Source: Chiloscyllium plagiosum
Taxonomy: Eukaryota
Assembly (NCBI RefSeq): GCF_004010195.1
Contig: NC_057751.1
Span: forward strand, 18,415,185-18,479,184
Reading direction: 5' to 3'
DNA: 64,000 bases
Of the stretch, positions 1-13,289 are shown in pieces. How positions within the stretch are numbered: the first letter of the stretch is position 1; the number at the start of each line of letters is the position of its first letter. The position numbers and the translations under genes were made by a program. A model generated the notes under the pieces. The model had not been told where the DNA came from. It made no database searches and saw only the letters and a list, made by a program, of their open reading frames with translations.

Positions 1-1032
1 AATTACTTTGGTGTGAGTGTTTTCAGCGACAACAAAGGTCCTCTACAGTCCAAATGTTACAGTGAAGAAGCAGGACATACTCAGACCGTACTCTGTGTTA
101 AACTTTGCTTGAAATTTATCTATATTACTGTTAATGCTATGTTGTTTAATTTTGTGCATGCCTGAGAGTATTTCGGATTTGTGGAAGGCGAAAAAAAGGA
201 AACACCAGTCATAAATTAACGTAAGTTCAGAAGAAACTAACGTTGAGAAAGTGCCGTGACAGAATTTGATCGGGAAGAAGACAGGAGGCACGTAGCTATG
301 TAGATATGTGTAGAGCGAGCAAGATTGGCAAGAGATTCGGAGAGAGCGAATGATGAAAAGATGATAGGGATACAGTGTAAAGAGACAGGGGAGGAAATAG
401 CTGTGGTTGGGAGGGGTGACTGAGTTTCACAAAGTTGAGACGGCGATGCGAAATCACAGTTTGGAGTTTGTAAGATAGAGTGACGGTGAGGGAGAGAGAA
501 TAAATGAGAGGAGACGTGGAGATGAAGATGTACTCAGATAGGAGGTGTAGCTGTGCAACAAATAAATCATTCACAGAAAATCGTTAGAGAATTTATGTTT
601 CTTTTTGCTGTCAGAATGCTATCTGATTGATTTATATTTCAGGTTGGCCTCGCTCCCTCTAACTTTTTCCTTTCAGTATTTCTCTTCCACCAATTTGTTG
701 CCATTCAGAACTTCGAAACTGCCTCTGTGATCAAAATAGAATCATTTCTTCACACCCAGGATTTTGAAACACCCTTAAAAGTTTGTTCCCACGGAAATTG
801 AGAAAGCGCAAGTCTGTTGGGCTGTAATGTAATTGAATTCTACAAATCAGTCTTGTGGAATTATTAAATTTGCTTTGCACCCATGGTTACTTCGTCAATA
901 ATATCAGTGGACAACGAGTTTGATGATTGAAATGGATCTTGAAGCATTTACTGGATATTAGATTTACTGAAACACTGCTACAATATTTCCCATCGCATAC
1001 CTATTTTCAGGCAAGCGAATTGTAAGTAAACG

Positions 1033-1290
1033 TGATGGCACAGTGGTAGCACAACTGATATGGTAATTGCAGAGTCTCTGACTGTGTCGGCATAGGTTCA
1101 AATCCCATTGCTGCGGGGTTAATTTGATTTCAATAATTAAATAAAGTTTCAAGCATACTCAAAAACATGTCTCCTTTAGTGAAGGAAATCAGTTGGCCAA
1201 TATGTGACTTCAGAAACGTGCTTCATTGTTAACTATCTTCAAAGAATTTCAAGTGACCAACAAAAGCTGGCACATGGTGATTTTCAATGC
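1033..1290 (+). mobile_element. Old tRNA-headed Deu-domain-type SINE (SacSINE1-like), degraded
   Basis: A-box-like TGGCACAGTGG and B-box-like GGTTCAAATCCC, followed by GAATTCAAT-like and CCTTTAGTGAAGGAAATC motifs shared with the copies at 25515 and 50305. Confidence 0.45.
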
Positions 1291-1434
1291 ATGAAATATT
1301 AAGGAAAGACTTATTCTGTACATCTATTATTCCGAACTAGCTGCTTATGTCAAATTGTGTTCATTTCAGTTTCATAAAGCTTCCTTTCTTTGCAAATGGC
1401 ATGTTCAGTCCAAACGTCTTACAAGTTATACAGC

Positions 1435-2678
1435 CATAGAGTCATAGAGATGCACAGCATGGAAACAGGCCCTTCAGTCCAACCCGTCCATACCGACTAG
1501 ACATCCCAACACAATCTAGTTCCACCTGCCTGCACCCGGCCCTTATCCCTCCAAACTTATCCTGTTTATATACCCGTCCAAATGCCTCTTAAATGTTGCA
1601 ATTTTACCAGCATCCAATACTTCCTCTGGCAGCTCATTCCATACATGTACCACCCTCTGTGTGGAAAAAGTTGTGCCATAGATCTCTTTATATCTTTTCC
1701 CTCTCACCCTGAACCCATGCCCTATAGTTCATGACTCCCCGCCCCAGGGAAGACTTTGCCTATTTCGCCTATTCCCCTCATAATTTGTAAATATATATAA
1801 GGTCACCCCTCAGCCTCCGACACTCTAGGGAAAACAGCCCCAGCCTGTTCAGCATCTCGCTATAGTTCAAATCCTCCAAACCTGGCAACATCCTTGTAAA
1901 TCTTTTCTGAACCCTTTCAAGATTCACAACATCTTTCTGATAGGAAGTAGACCAGTGGCCTAACCAATGTCCTGCACCCCCGCAACATGACCTCCCAACT
2001 CCTGTATTCAATACTCTGACCTATAAAGCGAAGCATACCAAACGCCTTCTTAACGGTCCTATCGAACTGCGACTCCACTTTCAAGGAGCTACGAACCTGC
2101 ATTCCAAGATCTCTTTGTTCAGCAACACTCCCTAGGACCTTATCATTAAGTGTATAAGTCCTGCTAAGATTTGCTTTCACAATATGCAACACCTCGCATT
2201 TATCTGAATTAAACTCCATCTGCCACTTCTCAGCCCATTGACCCATTTGGTCAAGATCCTGTTGTGAACTGAGGTAACCCATTTCACTGTTCACTACACC
2301 TCCAATTTTGGTGTCATCTGTAAACTTACTAACTGTACCTCTTGTGCTCGCATCCAAATCATTTACGTAAATGACAAAAAAGTAGAGGACCCAGCACCGA
2401 TCCTTGTGGCACTCCACTGGTCACAGGCCTCCAGTTTGAAAAACAGCCCTCCACCATCACTCTCTGTCTTCTAACATTGAGCCAGTTCTGTATTCAAATG
2501 GCTAGTTCTCCCTGTATTCCATGAGATCTAACCTTGCTAATCAGTTTCCCACGGGGAACCTTGACTAACGCCTTACTGAAGTCCATATAGATCACATCTG
2601 CCACTCTGTCCTGATCAATCCTCTTTGTTGCTTCCTCAAAAAAACTCAATTAAGTTTGTGAGACATGATTTCCCACGC
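1435..2678 (-). mobile_element. CR1 LINE, 5'-truncated 3' part (RT C-terminus + 3' tail)
   Basis: Minus ORFs contain SKFTDDTKIGG, WAEKWQMEFN, LERVQKRFTRML; the tail reads CTCTATGACTCTATG on the minus strand; near-identical in organisation to 50684-51818. Confidence 0.92.
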
Positions 2679-2679
2679 C

Positions 2680-3380
2680 ACTAGGATTCTCGTAACCCAA
2701 GATGAAGGACAGGAAACATTGCTGGCTGTAACAGTTGCTCCTTTTTTGAGATATTTTAGGAGTTGGAGCTGATTTCCTCGAATGCCAAGTGCAGCAATTA
2801 CTGTTTTATATGCTGTTGCATTGGTTTGGAACTTTGGAAAAAAAAGTCAAAACAACAGCAGTTTTAAAAGGGAGAATAACGACAAAGGAAACACATGATG
2901 AAGTCATTGCAGGAGAGGGAGAGAACTTGCACAGTTACGGCCTTTGCTGTTTGAATTCATGTACCGCTGAATATTGGAGTGCATCTGGGAAAATGAAAAA
3001 CAATGAAATTCACTACTGATCTTGGAGGAACTGTTGGGAAAATTTCATAGCACAGAATCAGATAAGTTAAGCACTGTTTTAATTGTGGCCTACAGAGAAT
3101 CTGCAGTAGTGAGTATAATGGGTTATTTCGTGATTTTATGTTTTTGGAGATATGTCTCTTCATTAAACATAAAATCTAAACAATAACTATTAATTTAACC
3201 TGGGGCAGTGTTTGTAGAGGAATGAGATGGTGTTATTTTCCGGGTCTGTAAATTGTGAAGGAAAAAAATGGTCTTTATTAGAGTGATATGTACTTCTTGT
3301 CAGATGGGGGAGTTTAAAGAGAGTTTAAGGGTTACTGCCGATTATATCTGTTTTAATGCTGTTGGCTGCGAATCTTATCT
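2680..3380 (+). mobile_element. 5' UTR and ORF1 N-terminal zinc-finger fragment of a CR1-type LINE
   Basis: ORF 3268: VICTSCQMGE...DYIC resembles the CxxC...CxxC start of the CR1 ORF1 at 28500 (ACSYGRMWQ...KICGKC). Confidence 0.5.
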
Positions 3381-3793
3381 TTATTCCATACCTATTTTCC
3401 GCATGCATTCTGTCTTTGTGTACCACTTCCTCTCAATTTACTTAACAATCGACTCAATCAGATTTCCACAGCAATCACTCTGGTTGCCGATTAGACTTGT
3501 TTATGAATGGATACCACATATATAAAACATCTTATCCCCTTCCTTCATTCACTGTGTTCTAAATCAGCCATTCAAATAGATTGCATGTGTATTCTTCTAA
3601 ATTCAGGTTTTGAGTAAATAAGTGGTAAACAACCTTATGTACCAAAGAAAATTGAGCTAATGCAATGAGCAAAATGGCATCTCCAATCATTGAAGGGAAT
3701 AAAACCAATGAAAATTTGAATCTCAGAATGTAAATTGTGCTTTACTCTGCATCTGATCCGAAAATTATATGATAATTTTTCTTTCTCTTTTAG

Positions 3794-4698
3794 TTAACCT
3801 CGTTGCAATCGTCATCCTGTCCCGCAGAATGTGTTCTTTGTCCAAATGCATCATTCGCTATCTATTTGGTATGGCAGTGGCTGATCTCCTCGTCGTGGTC
3901 ACGGAAGTAATACTTAGGTGGATGGCTGCAATGTATTTCCGAGATTCATTCCTGCTCATTACACCTGTTTGTTGCCTCACGACCACTTTGAGTTTTGCAG
4001 CTACAGTTGTTTCTATCTGGCTTACTGTAGCTTTCACATTTGATCGATTTGTGGCCATTTGCTGTGAGAAGCTAAAAACAAAGTACTGCACTGAAAAAAC
4101 AGCAACTGTGGTTCTAACAACAGTGAGCATACTGAGCTGTTTGGAAACCCTTCCCTGGTACTTTACACAGGAAGCTCGATTTATGATTGGCAGTGTTCCC
4201 TGGGAATGTAGGTTGAAACTAAGTGTTGTTTTTTCCACGTCATGGACCGCATTTATAATGTTTCATTTCGCATTAACTCCAATTCTCCCATTCTTTCTTG
4301 TCTTTCTCCTCAATATTCTGACTGTCAGACGAATTGTAGTGACAAGTAGAGTTCGACATGGGTTCCAGGGCTGCAGCATTGGAGAAAATCACAAAGATCG
4401 AGAGATGGAGAAGCGAAGGAGATCCATTGTTCTACTCTTCAGTATATCTGGCACTTTCATTATTTTATTGGTGACTCGTCTTGTTTATAATATTTATTTG
4501 CGAATTGCAAATATTGCATTTTATACCTCCCGCTCAGATCCCCGTTATATAACAGAACGGGCATCAGTCATGTTACAGCTTCTCAGTACCTGCACCAACA
4601 CTTTCATTTACACTGTGACTCAGCAAGAATTCAGAAATGAGCTCAAAAATGGTATAAAATACCCACTCAACCATATTGTAAAATTAATAAAACATTGA
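3794..4698 (+). CDS. Main coding exon (TM1 end to C-terminus) of a GPR139/GPR142-like class A GPCR
   Basis: Open frame with NLVAIVIL (TM1), MAVADL (TM2), FTFDRFVAIC (TM3), ECL2 Cys (WEC), RRRSIVLLFSISG (TM6), STCTNTFIY (TM7), helix 8 QEFRNEL. Polypyrimidine tract + TAG acceptor at 3776-3793 (phase 1); the ORF-track start MIIFLSLL is intronic. Confidence 0.9.
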
Positions 4699-5473
4699 AC
4701 CCTATTACAGCAACAGTAGACTTGACCCTAGTTAAATTATGCTGAAAGTAGAAAAATTCCCAGGACAGAATAAGCCTAAATCTGCAAGTGAGTTCACATA
4801 TCATTGCAGTCATAAACTGTTGGATCTTGTATCGAGTTGCGAGGATCATTGGTGAATGGTAAAAATGACAAAATGTAAGAATAACCACACAGTGTGCTAC
4901 TATGCATTGTGTGTATTACATTCGGCTCTCCAGTGTGTCATTAATTCACTTCTTTTATTCTGAATGATAACGACTTGAAAAAGAACTTAAATATTCTTGT
5001 CTGTATAATCAATACCCCCGGCTCCTTCCCCTCACTTTCGACTTCGCCATTTATTTTTTTCGTGTCAACTCTCCAGAGACAATTGCATGATGATCTATTA
5101 CATTTGGAGGCTCGAGAACACCGGGATTTCTTAAGGAGAAGGATCTGATAGCATGGAGAGCCGTTTCTGTCTGAGCTGAGGCTTCCTTGAGTACAGCTAA
5201 CATCAGTGCTGACATCAGGGATGGCAGCATCAAAAAGGCCCAGAAGTAGCATGTAGAACGATTGTTTTCACCACATTCTTGATGCCCAACTCCTCCTCCT
5301 ACCACTGTAAATATCTCTCTTGTAATTTTAGAACCCCTAATCATCCCACATCGACAGAACAACTTCAGGAGATCAATTTAAAATCATGTCACTCTCATGT
5401 TCAATGTGAGACATGGGTTGATATTTTTCACCACAAGCTTGCCAATTCTGCACCTTCGAAACAGCATGAGAAT

Positions 5474-5785
5474 TGGCTGCACAGTGGCTCAGTGATAATT
5501 ACTGCTGCCTCACAGCACAAGGCAACGGGGTTTATTTCCATCCTTGGGCGATGTATTTGTGGACTTTGCATGTTCTGCCATGCCTGTGCGAGTTTCGTCC
5601 GGTTGAACTGGTTGAACACTCAAAAAATCGGCAGATTAGGTGGATTGACCATGATACATTGCATCTTGTGTGCATGCTCAGCAAGTTACCTGTGCCAATT
5701 TCAGGGTTACAGCGATTCGATGGGGTGATCTTCAGTGGGTTAGTGTGAACTGTATGGACCGGGTGGCCTACCTGCACACCGCAAG
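5474..5785 (+). mobile_element. HE1-type (V-SINE) tRNA-derived SINE, diverged
   Basis: CAGTGGCTCAGTG..ACTGCTGCCTCACAGC head and GTGGACTTTGCATGTTCT body, matching the copy at 48731-49012. Confidence 0.65.
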
Positions 5786-5848
5786 AATTCTAATAATTGA
5801 AGTAAAGGTCTTTGCTCATCACTCCACAAATAATTCATTTGTCATTTA

Positions 5849-6589
5849 TGTTATGAAGTAGTAGGCGTGTACTGTACCTTTAGGAGAGAGATAATGCAAT
5901 TTTGCACTGAGAGCTTATACGCACTTGCCATTAGACTAACGAGCAGTCTCAGAGTGAACTGGGAAATTAAAAATATGCAGCATTTGGCTGTGGAATAGAT
6001 ACCTGAGTTGTTTTGACAACAATTCGAATTTAACCAATGAATTTAGTTGTGCCTCAGGATGATGAAACCAAATCGAATTTGAATTTGTTGTGTTTGTCAA
6101 CCTCGAACCAATGAGATGATGCAATGTGTCGGGTTCAAAGAAGCAGACAGTTTGACAGCTAGGCAGAGAGAGACCAACTGCTAACTTCCGGCAAACATTC
6201 TGTATCAAAGGTACTGTTTATATGTGAAGCATCTTTGCAGTAAAAGACAGAAGGTGACACAGGGAAATCTGCGGCCAGAACAAGACAGTCATCAATGCTC
6301 TGTGGTGTTAAACCTAAATTGATGTCATGTTCATATTTTCTTTATGGGAACATTATGTGATTATAGAATTAGAGGCAGAGAACAATCATTTAAGAAAAAG
6401 GAGCTGTATAGTTAGTTGTTGTTGTTTAATGCACACTTTTAGATTTCATGAAAAAATTGATATGTTTTCTTTAAATGGTGGAATTTAGCAGTTGTCTATC
6501 ACTCATACTTTAACAGATTAAGAGACGAGGTGAGTTTTCTTTTGGTGTTTGGGTTAATTAACAGAAGGGATCACTGCTGTGTCGTAACA
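5849..6589 (+). repeat. 5' LTR of Gmr1-like element
   Basis: Starts TGTTATGA and ends TCGTAACA (terminal inverted repeat); a homologous LTR lies inverted at 16070-16581. Confidence 0.8.
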
Positions 6590-9500
6590 GTTTCTTGGTT
6601 CTTCTGGTAATTGGTCAGGTATAGACAGATCCAGTCTGAGATTTGGACAGTTGTGAACAGATTTGGATTGCTAAATATCCCAGCAGATTTAAACACTTTT
6701 CGATTGGTGTCCCACATCTTTAAATAACCGTAGGGTTTGACGATTTGTTGAATTTTAGTCACTTGTAATGTTTAAATTAAAAGTGAGAGAAGCGGCTCTT
6801 AAGATTGCTCAAAAGCTTTTGGGGTTTGAAGGTGATTCCTAAATTTGCCAAGAAAATTTATGATCACAGAAAGAAAAAGCCATACATTTAGAATTAGCAA
6901 AGAGGTTGGAATTGGTTTTAACCAAGAACAAAAGGTAAAGCAGCGATTGTAAGCAAGTTACTTAGTCAAGCACTGACAACGAAACAACCAAGTACAGCAG
7001 AGTTAGAGAAACATAAATTTCATTTGAGGAATTTGAAGTTAGAAGACAAAGAAAGATAAAGAGAGAGATAAAGAGAGAGCAAAGAGAGAGAAAGGGCGAG
7101 AGAGAAGAAAGAAAGAGAGGGAAAATGAGACAGAGAAGAGAGAACAAAGACAGAGAGAAGAAAGGTAATGAGAGGAAAAAAGAGAGAGAATTTTCTTAGC
7201 TGAGCAAAGATATAGAGAGAATAAAGGGAGAGACAAAGAGAGAGAATGGAGATGGAAAATTGGAAAGGATATGAACTTCAGAATTTGCACGTTAGTCAGG
7301 ATACACAACTTCACAGATTGGAGATGAAGAGACCGGGTTCTGATATATACAAATATGTTAAAACATTGTCACATTTTGATGAGAAAGATGTCCACGCCTT
7401 CTTTATTTCATTCTTAAAAATGGCTAGTCCGATGAAGTGATCAGAGAACTGGTGGGTAATGCGAGATCAGTTTAACCTGGAAGGCAGAGTTATGAGCTAT
7501 TTCTTTGCTGTCATATGAGGGGTGAAGCCATTATGAAGATGTCAAACAGGCTATTTTGAATGCTTATGAATTTGTACCAGAAGCGTTTAGCCAGCAATTC
7601 AGAAAATTATAGAAGGAACCAGGTCAGATTTAGGTTTAGTTGGAAATAATTCATCAATAGTTTTGATGGATGGTTGTGGGTCGTAAAAATAGATAACAGA
7701 TATAAGGCTCTCAGAGAGATTATTATGCTGAAGGAGTCCAAAAACTCATTTCCAGAGATGTTAAGAAACCATGTGGATGAACAGAATGTTGAAGAATTGA
7801 GAAGAGCGGCAGAGATATTTGATGAATATGCATTGGTGCATAAGGAAAAGTTTAACTTCTGGCGAGCATTTCATCCTATGAGAGACAGAAATTGGGAGAA
7901 GAGCAGACCATACAATAGAAAACAAAGAGTATACAACTGGCAATAGTTTACCACAGTTTTAAAAAAGAAGCCCAAGAGTGGGAAAGGGACGTGAAAAGCA
8001 AGTTTTTCTTTTCGCTGTAACATAGTGTGTAAAATTTCAGTTGTGGTGGTTTAAGAAAAGATATTTTCGCTGTCTGAAAGTGGTACAAGTAAAGTCCCAG
8101 TACTGGTCAGTAAAGAAAGGCAGTGTGGGAAAAGATGCGGTAAAAGAAGCTAAGTCAGTGGCATTAGTGAATATAGTAAAAGAAACCTCAAGAAAAAGTC
8201 GTGGAGTGGCTGGCGAGTACACAGACTATGCAGGATGTTGGATATGGAGATCGTGCCTGATTTCTATACAGACCTCGCCTCTGTGGGTAAGGTTTAATTA
8301 GAAAGAGCAGAAGGAGATGACAAAGAAGTTATACTTCTGAGCGATTTGGTATCTGATCAGGCTCTAGCCTTAAAAGATTAATGTATTTTCACTGTTTCTG
8401 ATCTGCTTACTGAAAGAATAGTGATTTGTGTGGGAAATGGACAGAAGTTCAGCGTTCCCCTGTGTAAAATCGGGTTTGAGAAACAACTCAAGACTGGGAA
8501 GAAACAGTGGAAGTGATTGACACACTGCCAGTTCCAAGCATGCTATTTGCTCATGAGAACGATTTAGCAGGATCCAAGGTGGGAGGGACACCCCATGTTG
8601 TGGAGAAATCATAGATAGACCAGAGAATTGAGTAGTTAAAAGAAGCATACACTGAAAATTTTCCAGACTGTATAGTATCAAGATCCCACCATCATAAGTC
8701 ACAGCACGAAGCCAAAACGAAAGAGAAACATGGAAGAGTTGAGGTTCAGTTAGCGGACACACTGTTTGAAATAATGACAGGAAAAATAAATCTGAACCAG
8801 CAGAGGGTCAGACAGAAGTGTTTCATCCTGAAAGGCTAATGTTCTTGCAACATAAAGACGAGTAATTAAAAGATATATATGAGGATGCAAAATCAGAAAA
8901 GGAATCACAATATATCACCGAAGGTTATTATCTAAAAGGTAGAATTCGAAGACAAAAATCATGCTACAGCAGGTTACTGCAAGAGTCAAAATGGTCAGAC
9001 GTGCACCAGATTATGTTTCTGGAAACATATAGCCAGGGAGTGTTATGGGTAGTGCATGTTTTACCAACCGGAGCTCATCAATGTGTAAGGAAGACGCAAG
9101 ATAAGATACAAAAGCTTTTCTCTTAGCCACGAATGCAAAAGGACATGACTAATGTTTGCCGTATATGTCATCTGCCCAAAGTTAGGTAAGCCACAGGCAG
9201 TAATAAAATAACAATTCTGTTGCCAATTCCCACATTCGAAGAAGCGTTCAGGCGAGTTGTGACTAATTTGGTAGGTACGTTCCCGAAAACTAAAAGTTGG
9301 AAGCAATAACTGTTAACTATAATGGATGTGTCTATCAGATCTCTGGGAGCAATTCCATTATGGATTATCAAGGCAAAACGTGAGATAGACACGTGAATAG
9401 CTTCCCGAGGTAAGAGCAACCCAGAGAGTTTCAATCAGACCAAGTATGTAATTAAACTGCTAGGCAGTTTAAGGAAGTCATGGATAGCTTAGACATGCAG

Positions 9501-10850
9501 CACTTTGAATCAAGTACATACCGTGCTGAAACTCAGGAAGCTTCGGAAAGATAGCATCAAACCCTCAAGACCATGTTGAGAGCATACTGTCAGGATTACC
9601 TGAATGAATATGATAAGGGAATCCCATTCGTATTGTTTGACAATAGGAATGCCCAAAATGAATTTACTCCGTTTGTTCCCTTTGAGTTAATATTTAGACA
9701 TGAAGTAGGAGGACCTCTGAAATGAATTAAAGAGAAATTGACAGAACTAAAGTCGGAGACCTCAGACTTGGATCATGTATCGGAGGTGAGGGAGAGGTTA
9801 AATCGGGTAGGTTGTTTAGCTAAACAGCATCCGAAGAGGGCACAGCATAGAATGGATGTGTGGCAGATATAAAGTCTGAAATTTGGACGTTTTCCTGTAG
9901 GGATGAAGTATTAGTATTGCTGTCAGTGGGAGAAGCCCATTCAAAGAAAGGTTTAGTGATCCCTATCAAAATGAGAAAACAAAATGAGTCAGATAACTAT
10001 CTAGTAAAGATTTCGGATGAAAAAAAGAATAAAATTATGCCATTAGTTAATATGTTGAAACGTTATTATAATAGAGAACGGGAACGTGAGAAACAGTTGT
10101 TCGTTACTGCCCTGCAGAATGAGGAATCAAATGCAAACGTCGTGGATAATACGTAAAACAATGAGGAAGTCGTTGAGGAATGACATCGGTTCGTGAACCT
10201 TCTGTTTCAAGAGCAAAGAACCCAGTTGAAAAGATTGTTGCAGCAATATGAGGACATGTTCAGGAATAAGATGCAGAGGAGTAATGCTGTTCAGCGTGAG
10301 GTAGATAGAGGGAATGCTGTTCCGATAAAACAACACCCTTATACCCTTCATCCTTTCAAAGCCACACAGGTCCAGGAGCAAGTGAATGCGATGCTCAGTG
10401 AAGATATGATCGAAACGAGTCAGAGCGAGTGGATTTTACCGATTGTGTTAGTAATCTGAGAGGACTCAACGATTTTGTGTGGACGATCAGAAGTACAACG
10501 CCATTTCAAAATCGGACTCATACCCAATGCCGAGATTCGAGGCCTTGGATAAGGCAATTGCATCACAAAGTTGGACTTACTGGGTGGTTATTGGCAGGTC
10601 CCTGTATCAGAGAAAGCAAAAGAAGTTTCTGCGTGTGTAACCCCAAATGAGCTATGTCAATGCAAAATAATGCCTTTTGGAATGAAGAATACACCAGCCA
10701 GATTATCTTGTCCAGAGTTGTGGCTGGGTTAACAAACGGCAGTCTTTTTGGAAGATGTAGTAATCTTGAGTGAAACTTAGAAAGATCACATGGTACAGTT
10801 GATAGAACTGCTTGAAACATTAAGAGAAGTAGAACTTATAGGACGTAACT
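5849..10850 (+). mobile_element. Decayed Gmr1-like Ty3/Gypsy retrotransposon (LTR-gag/SCAN-like-PR-IN-RT), 3'-truncated
   Basis: Frameshifted motifs in order: FDEKDVHAFF, AYEFVPEAFSQQFRK (~7562), LREIIMLKESKNS (~7710), knuckle remnants (~8005-8120), protease-like ILLSDLVS (~8331), integrase QSDQ (~9432) and ER*HQTLKTMLRAYC (~9546), then RT PIKQHPY (~10322), TKLDLLGGYWQVP (~10565), MPFGMKN (~10670). Confidence 0.85.
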
Positions 10851-11289
10851 AAAGCATTATGCAGCTGCATATGACTTGCCAGCCTTTGAACTGCGTGCTG
10901 CAATTGATGAATGCAAGCATGCTATTTGTCATTATTACCTCCTTACGCAATCGCACTGTTGCTTTGAAGGGGCTAAGCAATTGCAACACCAGGCCACTCT
11001 GTTTGTCTGTGGTCTGTGGTCTGTCAGGTTCTACCATTTATTTCTCCTTTCCTCAGCTTGCGCAGGTTAAACCATCCACCTGTTCTATACCCATCATTCG
11101 AACTAATCTCTCCCCTGCTCTCTTTTGACAATCACTACTCACAACTTTATCAATTCTTGTTTCATCTACAAGTGCATATATACTTATTTATGTGTGCACG
11201 CACAAAGATAAATCTATATTATATAACATGTCAACACAAATATATAAACCAGACAGATGATAATAGTGGGAAGATGTTTTTCGGAAAGT

Positions 11290-12312
11290 TATGATTTGGA
11301 GATGCCGGTATCGGACTGGGGTGTACAAAGTTAAAAATCACACAAAAACAGGGTAGAGACCAATAGGTTTAATTGGAAGCACACTAGTTTTCGTAGCGCC
11401 GCTCCTTCATCAGTTGGCTGTGGGGACAGAAGTGTATGACACAGAAGTTATGCAAAAGTGTACAGTGTGGTGTAACTGAAATTATACATTGAAAAATACC
11501 TTGATTGTTGAGTGTTTCATCTGTTCGAATCCCATGACAGTTTCACTTCTTTCATGTGTAAATCACAATTTTTTTTAAATGTTGCATTCTCAGGTTAACT
11601 GCAACAATTAGTGTTAGCTAGACAATATGTTGAAGATATTAGCCCCCGTGTTCTCTCTCTGTGTCATAATGTTTAGACTGATTCTAATCTAAAAGCTGAG
11701 TTAACATAGTCTTACATGAAATCATGCAACTCTGCAAGTACAAATTCACCCTACAAACACATATGTATATGTGTGAATGCGGCTTTTGAGCGTGTGCGTG
11801 TTTGTCTGTCTGTCTGAGTTGGCGTTTGTGAGTGTGGGAGAGTATATATGTGTGTGCGTGTGAGTGTAGAGTGTCTTAAGGCTGTGAAGGGGTGCATGTG
11901 TGGGTGTGGCAGTGTGTATGTCTGTAGGAGTGCTGTGTGAGTCTGGGGTTGGGATTGTGATTGTCTGTGAGTGAGAGTGTATATGAGTGTGCGTGAATGC
12001 TGCGTGGTCTAAGTCTCTGAGAGGATACATGTGTGATTGTGGGAGTGTATGCGTCTGGAAGGCTATGTATAAGTGTAAGTGTGCATGACTGTGCATAAGT
12101 ATGTTCGTGTGTAAGTGTGTTTTTGTCTGTGTGTTGGGGGGGAGTGGCTTTGTGTGAATATAGAAGTACAATGGTGGTCACCTGTCGTGTGACATGAACC
12201 CAAGATCCAGGTTGAGGTCCTCCCTATGGGTACGGAACTTAGCTATCAGCCTCTGCTCGGCCACTTTTCGTTATTGCCTGTCCCCGAGGTCCACCTTGGA
12301 GGATGGTTATCC
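11290..12312 (-). mobile_element. Penelope-like element family 2, 3' fragment (GIY-YIG C-terminus, CA-rich UTR, hammerhead-like tail)
   Basis: Reverse complement of 28900-29900 over its length, including the TG/CA-rich tract and the CTGATGA..GAAA core at ~11380-11415. Confidence 0.75.
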
Positions 12313-12514
12313 GGTCATGTTTCTGTCTTCTGTTGCATATATTTGAAGAAGATCTTGCTTTACAACTGGATATTTCTTCACCACTTACTTTTTCTTTCTT
12401 TTTTGTTTGATCTTTGTGGGTTTCAATACTTTCCCTAACTTTTCTCTTGTCGTGAATATTTACCAGATTGCAGTCTTTAGCTGTATTCTCTTTGAATTTC
12501 CCTGGCTACTCTAT

Positions 12515-12697
12515 TCGTGTCATTGAGTCATTGAGTAATAGAGATATGCAACATGTAAACCTTCGGTCCAACCCATCCACGCCGACCAGATATCCCAATC
12601 CAATCTCGTTGCACTTGCCAGCACCCGGCCTATATCCCTCCAAACTCTTCCTATTCATATACCCATTCAAATGCCTCTTAAATATTGCAATTGTAGG
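12515..12697 (-). mobile_element. CR1 3' end fragment
   Basis: IAIFKRHLNGYMNRKSLEGY on the minus strand plus the CR1 3' tail. Confidence 0.85.
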
Positions 12698-13272
12698 CAT
12701 CCCAGACCACGAATTTGCAATTCGTTTCAGTAAGTGTCCAGTGGAAGTGACCTAGAGTGAATCAGTTCGGGTGACTACCAGGTTTTAAAGCAGAGAAAAA
12801 AAATCAAAAAAACAAACGCAATGAACAGAATAAAGATCCCCTACAGAACGCAGTATGTCCTAACTGGGCGTAGTCATCCTGTTCAGAGTATGCACAACAA
12901 TCCCAATAATCAAGCCGACTTTTACAAAAAGATAGAACAGGTGCTTAGAGGTTGAAGTTAGAAGGGCAGAAGGAGAGAGAGAGAGAGAGAGAGACGTTCC
13001 TGACAGCTGAACTCCTTACTAGTTCTCGGGCTGATCTGCTCAGTTAGAGAGCTGACCACTCCCCTTTCATTGTACAGGTCACTTCTAAAACATGACCACT
13101 TTGGCCTGAAGTCTCATCTTATAAAAGGGTTTCTCAATACTCTATACTCTCTGGACCAAACCAGAATTGGAACTGGGTGCAGTTTATGATCCCTCTGAAA
13201 AAAAAAACAAGGACACAATATTCTTGAGAAAAGGAATAGCTTTTGGGAAAGAAAGGGGCCAGATTTGTGACA
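12698..13272 (-). repeat. Probable LTR fragment
   Basis: Ends in TGTGACA (TGTCACA start on minus), contains a (GA)n tract, sits between two CR1 pieces; family not identified. Confidence 0.35.
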
Positions 13273-13289
13273 GCACGTGATCACTTTAG

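Noticed and set aside
880..1016. Possible first exon of the 3794 GPCR ending at TTTTCAG|GCAAGC
   Set aside because: The phase-1 frame has TGA at 968-970, there is no YY..LA..GVP-like motif, and the donor would be GC; exon 1 is probably upstream of the window
3769..3793. ORF-track start MIIFLSLL for the GPCR
   Set aside because: It is the polypyrimidine tract and acceptor of an intron; TM1 would be incomplete
11746..12181. His/Thr-rich ORFs (also 29022-29471)
   Set aside because: Translations of CA/TG low-complexity PLE UTR
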